Positions 39,086 through 47,670 of a DNA stretch of 47,670 nucleotides are shown here, piece by piece. Made by a program: the position numbers and the translations under genes. This DNA comes from an uncultured Sulfurospirillum sp. (lineage in GTDB: Bacteria > Campylobacterota > Campylobacteria > Campylobacterales > Sulfurospirillaceae), in contig CAZXOZ010000001.1 in NCBI GenBank assembly GCA_964642805.1, forward strand, positions 1 to 47,670, read 5' to 3'. The notes beneath the pieces were generated by a model that ran no database searches, was not told where the DNA came from, and saw only the letters and a program-made list of their open reading frames with translations. Within the stretch, counting starts at the first letter, position 1, and each line of letters starts with the position of its first letter.

Positions 39086-39796
39086 ATGGGAAGAGCGTTT
39101 GAGTATAGAAAAGCATCAAAGATGAAGAGATGGGGAGCGATGTCAAGAATATTTCCAAGACTAGGTCGCTCAATCACTATGGCTGCTAAAGAGGGGGGCA
39201 CTGACCCGCAAAGTAATGCAAAACTTCGCACAGCAATACTAAATGCAAAAGCTGAAAATATGCCAAAAGACAATATTGAAGCAGCTATCAAAAGAGCGAA
39301 TTCAAAAGACTTAGCTAACATGAAAGAGGTTAGCTATGAAGGCAAAGCCCCTCATGGTGCTCTCATATTTGTAGAAACTGCAACCAATAATCCAACAAGA
39401 ACAGTAGCAAATGTAAAAAATCATTTTAAAAAAGGTGGTGGCGAAATGCTAAACAACGGCTCTTTGGAGTTTATGTTTTCAAGAAAAGCTGTTTTTGAGT
39501 TTAATAAAACTGAAAATATGGATTTAGAAGAGCTTGAACTTGAACTTATAGATGCTGGATTAGAGGAGATAGATGAAGAGGACAAGACTGTTTTAATTAC
39601 AGCAAACTATACTGACTTTGGCTCACTCTCAGAAGCGTTTGAAAACCTAAATATTGAGTTAAAAACTGCCGTCCTAAGAAGATTTGCAAATACTCCAATA
39701 GAGCTTAATGATGAACAAATCAATGATATATCAAACTTAATAGAGCGCATAGAGAGTGATGATGATGTTCAAGCGGTATATACAAACTTTGGCTAA
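39086..39796 (+). CDS. yebC: YebC/PmpR family protein
   Basis: [38 protein letters not shown]. Confidence 0.95.
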   Translation: MGRAFEYRKASKMKRWGAMSRIFPRLGRSITMAAKEGGTDPQSNAKLRTAILNAKAENMPKDNIEAAIKRANSKDLANMKEVSYEGKAPHGALIFVETATNNPTRTVANVKNHFKKGGGEMLNNGSLEFMFSRKAVFEFNKTENMDLEELELELIDAGLEEIDEEDKTVLITANYTDFGSLSEAFENLNIELKTAVLRRFANTPIELNDEQINDISNLIERIESDDDVQAVYTNFG

Positions 39797-39807
39797 AAAG
39801 TGCCTCT

Positions 39808-39845
39808 AAAGTCGCATGTAGAGTATAGTCTCTACATGCGACTTT
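39808..39845. terminator. Bidirectional terminator hairpin between yebC and ferritin
   Basis: Perfect 16-bp inverted repeat AAAGTCGCATGTAGAG-tatagt-CTCTACATGCGACTTT. Confidence 0.8.
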
Positions 39846-39847
39846 GA

Positions 39848-40357
39848 TTACTGCTCAACACTATCAATAAAAACTCTTTTTCCCAACTCTTTATCTATGG
39901 CATATATCCCATATCCATCACCACCTACCATCTTCATCTGATCTATAATCTCACCAAAAGATGCTTCCTCTTCGACCTGTTCTGTTACATACCACTGAAG
40001 TAGATTGTATGTTGCATGATCTTTCTCTTTCATCGCTTGATCACTTAAATCATTTAGCCAAACAGTCATCTTTCTCTCATGAGAGAGTGCTTTTTCAAAC
40101 ACATCTATGATTGAGTTATAGGTAAAACTTGGTGTTTTTATCTCCTTGAGGGTGATTTGTGCACTTTGATCTTCTAGGTACTTAAACAATCTCATGGCAT
40201 GCGCTGTCTCCTCTTGATACTGTGAGTTGAACCACCTAGCACAGCCATTAAATCCATTGGCACTAGCATAAGCGGACATACTAAGATATATGTATGCTGC
40301 ACTAAACTCATTGTTTAACTGAGTATTTAAATTCTCTTCCATTTTTTTACTAATCAT
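39848..40357 (-). CDS. ftnA: Non-heme ferritin
   Basis: QLNNEFSAAYIYLSM, EETAHA, HE, WYVTEQVEEE. Confidence 0.93.
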   Translation of the reverse strand: MISKKMEENLNTQLNNEFSAAYIYLSMSAYASANGFNGCARWFNSQYQEETAHAMRLFKYLEDQSAQITLKEIKTPSFTYNSIIDVFEKALSHERKMTVWLNDLSDQAMKEKDHATYNLLQWYVTEQVEEEASFGEIIDQMKMVGGDGYGIYAIDKELGKRVFIDSVEQ

Positions 40358-40380
40358 TTTTTATCCTTATAATATATTTT

Positions 40381-40881
40381 CTATTTTTCATACTTTTGAA
40401 AAACACCTTTTTCTCTATTTTTGAAAACTCTATTATGACTTTCTATTAGTCCATGCATAGAGATATAGACCCCTTTTTTAGTCACCCCTAAAAGATATCC
40501 CAAAGAAGCAGACAAGTTTGCTGTAGCCTCTACACTGTCAACACTAAAAGGGGCCATAGCTCCTGTTAGAACTATGGTTTTGTCTATTATACACTTATTT
40601 AGAAACTTTGCAGTTTTGCTCATCGTATCTGTTCCATGAACAATAAGTATGTTTTTTTGTTTAGACCTTTTTATTAGTTCTACTATCAATTTTCTATCAC
40701 TATCATCAATATCCAAACTATCTTTATGAATGATACTTTTTATCTCATATTTTAAGTTATAAAAATACTTCAAAATAGCATCAAGTGATTTTGAGTCACT
40801 TGGCACTTCTAACTCCCCTTTTATGGGATTATATCTTTTGTTAAAAGTGCCACCAGTGTTGATGATGAGTATTTTTTTCAA
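40381..40881 (-). CDS. Short asparaginase-domain protein
   Basis: TGGT, DSLD, HGTDT, LTGA; N-terminal domain only. Confidence 0.88.
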   Translation of the reverse strand: MKKILIINTGGTFNKRYNPIKGELEVPSDSKSLDAILKYFYNLKYEIKSIIHKDSLDIDDSDRKLIVELIKRSKQKNILIVHGTDTMSKTAKFLNKCIIDKTIVLTGAMAPFSVDSVEATANLSASLGYLLGVTKKGVYISMHGLIESHNRVFKNREKGVFQKYEK

Positions 40882-40883
40882 TT

Positions 40884-42830
40884 TTAGCTACTAATTAAAC
40901 TTTGTATTTTCTCCACTATCGATGGATCTTCTAGTGTTGAAATATCTTGAGTTATCTCCTCTTTCTTAGTAATTGAGCGAAGAATTCTTCTCATGATTTT
41001 ACCGCTTCTTGTTTTAGGAAGGCCAGAGACAAAAAGAATAGCATCAAGCTTGGCTATATTTCCAATCTCTTTTACTATGAGATTATTGAGCTCTTTAGTC
41101 ATCTCAATCTCCCCGCTAATGCTATCATCGCCTTTTAAAACAACATAAGCAAAAACCCCTTCGCCTTTTATAGGATCAGGTCGTCCAACAACAGCAACTT
41201 CAGCTACATTTTCATGATTTCCTAACGCTGCTTCAATCTCAGCAGTACCTAGCCTATGACCTGAAACATTGATAACATCATCAGTTCTACCTGTGATAAT
41301 AATATACCCATCATCATCATACATAGCTCCATCACCAGAGAAATAAACAGGCTTACCATCTTTCTTGCAATCTCCAAAATATGACTTTACAAATCTATCA
41401 GGGTCTCCCCAGATAGTTCTTATCATAGATGGCCAAGGCTTTGTGATACATAAAAAACCCTTCTCCCCTTTTGGAGTTGGATTGCCCTCTTTGTCTATAA
41501 TCTCAGCCATAATTCCAGGAAGTGGAAATGTAGCACTTCCTGGCTTAATAGGAGTAGCGCCTGGTAGTGGAGTTATCATATGACCACCCGTTTCAGTTTG
41601 CCACCAAGTATCAACAATAGGACAACTGCCTCTACCTATCTCATTGTAGTACCACAGCCAGGCATCAGGATTGATAGGCTCGCCTACAGTTCCAAGCACT
41701 TTTAAGCTACTAAGATCATACTTTTTAGGCTCATTTATTCCAACTTTATGAAGAAGCCTTATGGCTGTTGGGGCTGTATAGAACTGATTTACTCTATACT
41801 CCTCTATCATCTTCCACCATCTTCCTGCATCAGGAAAAAGAGGAACTCCCTCATACATAAGTGTAGTTGCTCCCATAGAGAGTGGTCCATAGACTATGTA
41901 AGTGTGTCCTGTAATCCAACCAACATCAGCAGTGCACCAAAAAGTGTCACTCTCTTTTACATCAAAAACATATTCCATTGTGTACTGTGCCCAAAGGATA
42001 TATCCAGCACTGCTATGCTGTACACCTTTTGGTTTTCCTGTACTTCCTGAAGTGTATAGTAAAAAAAGTGGGTCTTCAGAGTCCATAGGCTCAGGGTCAC
42101 AATACTGAGACTCATGCTCAATTATCTCATTATAAACATAATCACGCCCACGAACATAGTCTATCTCTTCAAAGTTTCTCTGAACAATAAGCACTTTTTT
42201 ACAACATTCGCAGCCCTCTTTTAAAGCTTCATCAACAATTGGTTTAAGCATATATGGCTTACCTCTGCGAAACGCACCATCTGCTGTTATAACAAGCTTT
42301 GCATCTGCGTCTTGAACTCTGTCCCTAAGTGCCTCAGCAGAAAAACCACCAAATACGACAGAGTGAACTGCTCCAATCTTTGCACAAGCAAGCATAGCAA
42401 ATGCAGCTTCAGGAATCATCGGTAAATAGAGAACTACTCTATCTCCCTTTTTAATGTCAAATTGGTTTTTTAGCAAATTTGCGAGTCTATTTACTCTATA
42501 GTAGAGCTGAAGATAGGTTATAATTTTTTTACTGCCATCCTCGCCCTCCCAGATAATGGCTGCTTTATTTTTTCTTGTCTTTAGATGGCGTCCTAAACAT
42601 TGATGTGTAACATTGAGTTTGCCACCAATAAACCACTTATAAAATGGAGCATCGCTCTCATCTAAAACTTTATCATAAGGCTTAAACCAGTCAATCTTCT
42701 CTTTTGCCATCTTGTCCCAATAGCCCTCAAAATCCTCATGTGCTTGCAAGCTTAGCTCTTCAAACTCACACATATTTTTAACTCTAGCCTCTTTGCTAAA
42801 CTCTCTATTTGGTTTAAAAATCTGTGACAT
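40884..42830 (-). CDS. acs: Acetyl-CoA synthetase
   Basis: [41 protein letters not shown]. Confidence 0.98.
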   Translation of the reverse strand: MSQIFKPNREFSKEARVKNMCEFEELSLQAHEDFEGYWDKMAKEKIDWFKPYDKVLDESDAPFYKWFIGGKLNVTHQCLGRHLKTRKNKAAIIWEGEDGSKKIITYLQLYYRVNRLANLLKNQFDIKKGDRVVLYLPMIPEAAFAMLACAKIGAVHSVVFGGFSAEALRDRVQDADAKLVITADGAFRRGKPYMLKPIVDEALKEGCECCKKVLIVQRNFEEIDYVRGRDYVYNEIIEHESQYCDPEPMDSEDPLFLLYTSGSTGKPKGVQHSSAGYILWAQYTMEYVFDVKESDTFWCTADVGWITGHTYIVYGPLSMGATTLMYEGVPLFPDAGRWWKMIEEYRVNQFYTAPTAIRLLHKVGINEPKKYDLSSLKVLGTVGEPINPDAWLWYYNEIGRGSCPIVDTWWQTETGGHMITPLPGATPIKPGSATFPLPGIMAEIIDKEGNPTPKGEKGFLCITKPWPSMIRTIWGDPDRFVKSYFGDCKKDGKPVYFSGDGAMYDDDGYIIITGRTDDVINVSGHRLGTAEIEAALGNHENVAEVAVVGRPDPIKGEGVFAYVVLKGDDSISGEIEMTKELNNLIVKEIGNIAKLDAILFVSGLPKTRSGKIMRRILRSITKKEEITQDISTLEDPSIVEKIQSLISS

Positions 42831-42851
42831 ATATACTCCTTTTTCTCTAAT

Positions 42852-44414
42852 TTATCTTGTAATTATTCCTACTTGACTTCTTATGTATTGATTTTCATAA
42901 GCCTCTATCTCTTTTTTGGCACTATCACTTCTGTCTGTAATAGAAAAAAACCAAATAGCTACAAATGCAACTGCTACTGAAAATAGTGCTGGATACTCGT
43001 AAGGGAAAATTGCAGCCGCTCTATCGCCATGTAGTATCTGCCCCCAAACTGATGGTCCTAAAATGATGAGCATAACAACTGTTAAAAATCCCAATACTCC
43101 ACCTATAACTGCCCCCCTTGTTGTTAACCTACTCCAGTAGATTGACAACAGCAGAATCGGAAAATTTGTAGAAGCAGCAATAGCAAATGCAAGCCCTACA
43201 ATGTATGCAATATTCTGATTTTCAAATGTTATCCCAAATACAATAGCTAGTAGTCCAAGCCCAATAGTCGCATACTTGAAAACTTTTATTTCACCTACTT
43301 CATCTGTTTTATCTTTCGCAAAAACATTTACATATAGGTCATGGCTGATTGCACTAGCTCCTGCAAGAGTAAGCCCTGAGACTACAGCTAAGATTGTAAC
43401 AAACGCAACAGCCGCGATAAATCCTAAAAAAATATCTCCACCAACTGCATAGCTTAAGTGAATAGCTACCATATTACTACTTCCAAAAAGTGTATCTTTA
43501 GTGATATTGAGATACTCTGGACTTTGCGAAATTAGAACAATAGCTCCAAAACCAATGATAAATATCAATATATAAAAATATCCAATAAACCCTGTAGCAT
43601 AGAACAGAGACACTCTAGCTTTTTTTGCATCACTTACTGTAAAAAACCTCATAAGAACATGTGGAAGACCTGCGGTTCCTAGCATAAGCGCAATACCTAA
43701 ACTAATAGCAGAGATAGGGTCTCCTAGAACTCCTCCTGGCTTCATTATATCATCTGTTCCTCTTGTCTCTATCGCTCTTTTAAAAAGTTGCTCAAAACTA
43801 AATTCCACTTTACTCATAACTATAAATGCCAAAACAGTCGTACCTCCTAGCAGCAAAATCGCTTTAACTATCTGAACCCAAGTTGTAGCTAACATGCCAC
43901 CAAATGTAACTAAAATCACAAGAAGTAGTCCAACTAAAACTATTGCCAACTCATAAGGCAACCCAAAAAGAGTCTGTATAAGCTTGCCAGAACCTACTAG
44001 TTGTGCTGTAAGGCACAAAAACACTGTTGCAATTGAGCCAAAAGCAGCTAGTACTCTTATGGGCTTTTGTTTTAACCTATAAGAAGCCACATCTGCAAAG
44101 GTATATGTTCCGAGATTTCTTAACTTTTCTGCTATTAAAAACATAAATATAGGCCATCCGACTAAAAATCCAACACAATAGATAAGACCGTCAAATCCTT
44201 TTAGATAGATAAGACCAGAAATTCCCAAAAATGAAGCAGCAGAAACATAGTCTCCTGCAAGTGCTAGACCATTTTGAAGGCTACTTATCCCCCCTCCTGC
44301 TGTATAAAAGTCTTTTGCTGTTCTTGTTCTTTTTGCTGCCCAATATGTAATACCAAGCGTCATCAAGACAAAAACAAAAAACATTATAATAGCTGTCAAG
44401 TTTAATTCTCTCAA
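42852..44414 (-). CDS. actP: Cation/acetate symporter ActP
   Basis: [49 protein letters not shown]. Confidence 0.95.
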   Translation of the reverse strand: MRELNLTAIIMFFVFVLMTLGITYWAAKRTRTAKDFYTAGGGISSLQNGLALAGDYVSAASFLGISGLIYLKGFDGLIYCVGFLVGWPIFMFLIAEKLRNLGTYTFADVASYRLKQKPIRVLAAFGSIATVFLCLTAQLVGSGKLIQTLFGLPYELAIVLVGLLLVILVTFGGMLATTWVQIVKAILLLGGTTVLAFIVMSKVEFSFEQLFKRAIETRGTDDIMKPGGVLGDPISAISLGIALMLGTAGLPHVLMRFFTVSDAKKARVSLFYATGFIGYFYILIFIIGFGAIVLISQSPEYLNITKDTLFGSSNMVAIHLSYAVGGDIFLGFIAAVAFVTILAVVSGLTLAGASAISHDLYVNVFAKDKTDEVGEIKVFKYATIGLGLLAIVFGITFENQNIAYIVGLAFAIAASTNFPILLLSIYWSRLTTRGAVIGGVLGFLTVVMLIILGPSVWGQILHGDRAAAIFPYEYPALFSVAVAFVAIWFFSITDRSDSAKKEIEAYENQYIRSQVGIITR

Positions 44415-44725
44415 AAATTGTGCCTTGCATCCTCTTTAATCTCATCCACTAAAGCATCAAACTCTTTATTTGCTTTTTTAACATATAGTCCGCTTAAAAC
44501 AATGCAAAGAAGAATTATAGAGACTCCCATGACAATACCTATTGTCACAACACTGTCACCAACGGACTCTCCTAGTGATTCTGGACTAAAAGCTATAAGT
44601 AAAATAAAGAGGAAATAGGCAATAAATATCACCACTGAAAGCACTAAAGCATAGTCATCTCTTCTCTTAACAAGTTCGGAAAATTTTGGACTACTCTTAG
44701 CTCTTTTATAAACCTCTTGATTCAT
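44411..44725 (-). CDS. yjcH: DUF485/YjcH membrane protein
   Basis: F.ELVKRR, two TMs, [10 protein letters not shown]; directly upstream of actP. Confidence 0.9.
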   Translation of the reverse strand: MNQEVYKRAKSSPKFSELVKRRDDYALVLSVVIFIAYFLFILLIAFSPESLGESVGDSVVTIGIVMGVSIILLCIVLSGLYVKKANKEFDALVDEIKEDARHNF

Positions 44726-44845
44726 CTGTTCCCCTCTTTGATTCTACTTCGCTTATATAGCATTAGCATAGCAAAAGTAAAAATATTTAAAAAATAGATA
44801 TATTTTCTCTATTATGAGAAATTTTGTAGCACCATACCACTTCTA

Positions 44846-45514
44846 TTATAGCGAAAAATACCTGTCTATTTTATAGCCAATTCCTTTTATGTTTGTAATA
44901 AAATCAACTTTTAATGACTTTCTAAATCTGCTTATCTCTGCTCTTATCGTTGCATTATCTACTGGCTCACTACTCCAAACAAAACTTCTAAATTTTTCAA
45001 AATCGACCACAACGCCGATATTTTCACAAAGTAGTGTTAAGATTTGTAGCTGTTTTTTTGTTAAAGCTTGTGAGCAATTATTGTAAAAAAGTAGCCTATC
45101 TTTTTTTGAAAAATAGTAGTTTTTACTAAGTAGTAGATGTGAAGAGCTTTTTATCTCTTGCTCTTTTTTCACTCTCTCTATCCTTATGCCAAGCTCTTTA
45201 AGATGAAAAGGCTTTTTTAGATAATCACAAGCACCAAGTTCAAAGGCACTACTTATATCCTCTATATCCAAATTTGCACTTATAAAGATTGTGGGAGTAG
45301 AAATCTCAAGCCTATTTAACTCTTTTGACAACTCAAGACCACTTAGTTTAGGTGTTTTTATATCCAAAAGCAATAGATCAAAGGTTTCACCCCTAAGAGC
45401 CTCTAGAGCATTAGAACCACTACTAAATCCAACTACTTGATGACTTAGAGATTCTAAATACTCCTCTATGGAGGTTCGCAACATAAGCTCATCCTCTAAA
45501 AGAAGTATTTTCAA
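44846..45514 (-). CDS. OmpR-family response regulator
   Basis: ILLLEDE, LLDI, DYLKKPF, winged helix ITNIKGIGY. Confidence 0.95.
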   Translation of the reverse strand: MKILLLEDELMLRTSIEEYLESLSHQVVGFSSGSNALEALRGETFDLLLLDIKTPKLSGLELSKELNRLEISTPTIFISANLDIEDISSAFELGACDYLKKPFHLKELGIRIERVKKEQEIKSSSHLLLSKNYYFSKKDRLLFYNNCSQALTKKQLQILTLLCENIGVVVDFEKFRSFVWSSEPVDNATIRAEISRFRKSLKVDFITNIKGIGYKIDRYFSL

Positions 45515-47073
45515 GATAAATCCTCTTTTTGCTGCTTAAAGTAGTATCTAAATACTGTTCGCAGTTCATCTGACTCTACCTCTACATGTATGCTATTAGT
45601 ATCACATATATCTTTCACTATATTCAATCCCAATCCAAATCCTCCCCTAGCACTGTCTTCTCGATAGTACCTCTGAAATATATTATTAATGTCATTTATC
45701 TTCTCTCCATAATTTTGCACCTCAAAAACTATACTCTCATCACTATTATATAGTTTTATAAGTATATTTCTATTGATATGACTATATTTTATCGCATTTG
45801 ATATGTTATTGTCACAAAGTCGCTGAAGCTCAAACTCGTTGAACATAATCATTACATCATTTTGAATTTCACTTTTTATTTTCAATCTATTACCTGTTGC
45901 TACATCTGCAAAATACTCCACTCTGTCATTTAAAAAATCTGTAAAGTTAATCATATCAACTCTTCTAACTTCTCTATCTTTTTTTACAATAAAACTCAAA
46001 TCACCATAGATATTTTCTAAAACCTTTACAGCAGCTTCAATCTTTATCAAGTATGGATTTCTCTCAAATTTAAGGTTATATAGGTCTATATTTATAAGTA
46101 TAATTGAGAGCGGAGTGTTTATCTCATGAATTGCATTTTTTAAAAATATGTCTTGATACTCCAAGAGTTCATTCGTATAGGCTATAGACTTTTTAAGCTC
46201 CTTCGTTTTATCCTCAACTAGATTTTCAAGATTAAGATTTAGCTCCCCTAAAGCACTCTCTTTCTCCTTTAGTTCTAAAAGCATGTAGTTTGCTTGTGAG
46301 ATAATTTGTCTAAACTCTTTAAACTTAATTCTATTTCTATCTATCGGAGTATAGCTCTTTGAAGCATTCTTTAGAGACTTAGCGATAAATCTTATCTCTT
46401 TGCTTAGCTTGTCTGTCACATACCTATATTGAAAAATAGTTGCAAGGTATAAAAATAGTGTTAAAGTCACAATCTTGAGGATAAACCCTGATATTTGATT
46501 TTGATGCTCTTGTGTTATTTGTGCTAAAGCTTTATCTTTTTGATAGAGACATACTCCACTACCAATAACCCATCCCAACTCTTTAAACTCTCTTACAAAG
46601 AGTATATTTTCTACAAAACTATCATCTTTTTCTATCTTAAGTGTTAAAAGAACTCCAGCCTCTTCAGCTTTTTCAAACAACAAGTCTAAGGCAGAGTCAT
46701 CATACTTAAGCTCTCTTGATTTATATACAATTTTTCTATTTTTATCATATATAAATATATAGTCTCCTGTATTAAAATCATCTAAAACTATACTCACCTC
46801 TTCTACGATATGATGGCTCAACATGCTTTGCTCATAATCTTTAAAATTATCATAACGATACTTTATAAGCCTATATAGTCGTGAAGTCTGCTCAACTACT
46901 CTTTTTTTTTGGTTTTGCAAATAACTCTTCTCTACAGCAGCTATCTCTTTTTTATATCCTCGATACTCATTGAAAATAACCACAAAAGCAGAGAGAGCTA
47001 CAAATATACCTGCAAATAAAATTGCTGTAATATTGATTCGTTTTACACTGTATTCTTTAAAAATTTTAAACAT
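45511..47073 (-). CDS. Sensor histidine kinase with Cache-like periplasmic domain
   Basis: 2 TM; YIFIYD...GWVIGSG; HEINTPL, NNISNAIKYS, GGFGLGL. Confidence 0.93.
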   Translation of the reverse strand: MFKIFKEYSVKRINITAILFAGIFVALSAFVVIFNEYRGYKKEIAAVEKSYLQNQKKRVVEQTSRLYRLIKYRYDNFKDYEQSMLSHHIVEEVSIVLDDFNTGDYIFIYDKNRKIVYKSRELKYDDSALDLLFEKAEEAGVLLTLKIEKDDSFVENILFVREFKELGWVIGSGVCLYQKDKALAQITQEHQNQISGFILKIVTLTLFLYLATIFQYRYVTDKLSKEIRFIAKSLKNASKSYTPIDRNRIKFKEFRQIISQANYMLLELKEKESALGELNLNLENLVEDKTKELKKSIAYTNELLEYQDIFLKNAIHEINTPLSIILINIDLYNLKFERNPYLIKIEAAVKVLENIYGDLSFIVKKDREVRRVDMINFTDFLNDRVEYFADVATGNRLKIKSEIQNDVMIMFNEFELQRLCDNNISNAIKYSHINRNILIKLYNSDESIVFEVQNYGEKINDINNIFQRYYREDSARGGFGLGLNIVKDICDTNSIHVEVESDELRTVFRYYFKQQKEDLS

Positions 47074-47108
47074 ATATAATTATAGTATAATTTTTCTAAA
47101 GGAGACAG

Positions 47109-47204
47109 ATGAGCATAAGGCTACCAGCCAATGGGCAAAATAAAATCTATTATCCCGAATTATGCAATAGAATTGCTAAAGTAGCGTTTATGCTTGTGCC
47201 GTAG
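47109..47204 (+). pseudogene. Interrupted 5' gene remnant, possibly agmatine deiminase family
   Basis: TATAAT and AAAGGAGA precede ATG; MSIRLPA, and restoring one G gives RLPA-E-WAK; the frame runs into the palindrome. Confidence 0.3.
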
Positions 47205-47252
47205 GTGCCATGATAGGTGCTAGTTTAGTGATTTCTATTGCATAATTCGGGT
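47153..47252. mobile_element. ~100-bp palindromic MITE/REP-like element
   Basis: Perfect 19-bp inverted repeat CCCGAATTATGCAATAGAA (47154-47172 / 47233-47251), further imperfect pairing inside, TA on both flanks, second partial copy at 38204. Confidence 0.7.
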
Positions 47253-47670
47253 TAATGAAAATTAGGTTAAAATCGTAGTCGGTTTAAGTTTCAAGTTGAT
47301 TGTAACTCATTTTTACCCTTTTACTTTGTTGTTATTGCTTAGATGTATCTAACTCTTCTTATTATCTATATTTAGCAATTTGTTTGAGGGTATTCGCTTG
47401 TGATGTGAATCCAAGATACCAAATTTTTAGCATTTTTGTTTTTTCCAAGATTTTTTAAAAAAGTTGTGGGTTCGGTAGTAATCATTTGAATTTTTAATAA
47501 GATTTAACCGTCAAAATTGACTTTACTTTTTTTTCTTTGAGGGCGTGAAGCCTTTAGTAATACAACGGCAAAGCTGGGCTTCGCCGTTGTACGTTTCTGC
47601 AAAGCGGGAACGGTGCAACGGTCAAATTGAGAAATATGCCGTTTTCAGTTTAGCTTGTAAAACTACACCA

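Noticed and set aside
46902-46910. T9 homopolymer in the kinase gene as a phase-variation tract
   Set aside because: A/T runs are common in this AT-rich DNA and the frame is intact; no long poly-G/C tracts were seen

Overview
AT-rich chromosomal backbone of a Campylobacterota (Epsilonproteobacteria) bacterium; gene content and order resemble Sulfurospirillum/Campylobacteraceae (inference). The window is densely coding and mostly housekeeping: hemW-tatBC-queA; motAB-fliP; glmU-coaBC-uppS-prepilin peptidase-lptF-truA; a long minus-strand block (rsmD, flgIJMNK, atpB, gatB, gpsA, nagZ, inactive pyrC', amrB, dgkA); flaG-fliD-fliS-fliT-like-AKR-truD; RNase P RNA; tRNA-fMet and tRNA-Gln; ribB(A), ogt, ybgC, yebC, ferritin; and a two-component system followed by yjcH-actP-acs. 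Sigma54, sigma28 and sigma70 promoters are readable. No CRISPR array, prophage, integrase or intact transposase was seen. Best leads: (1) a ~100-bp palindromic MITE/REP-like element, present as one full and one half copy, each next to a 5'-only gene remnant (thiL; possibly agmatine deiminase); (2) an SdhB/FrdB-like plus HdrB/SdhE-like gene pair lacking its Fe-S cysteine motifs; (3) a Vibrio PomAB-like, probably Na+-driven stator; (4) two genes that appear to need ATA/ATT starts; (5) identical stem sequences in RNase P helices P3 and P12; (6) GC-rich alternative hairpins, possibly attC-like, at the right edge. All family assignments come from motif recall, not database searches.
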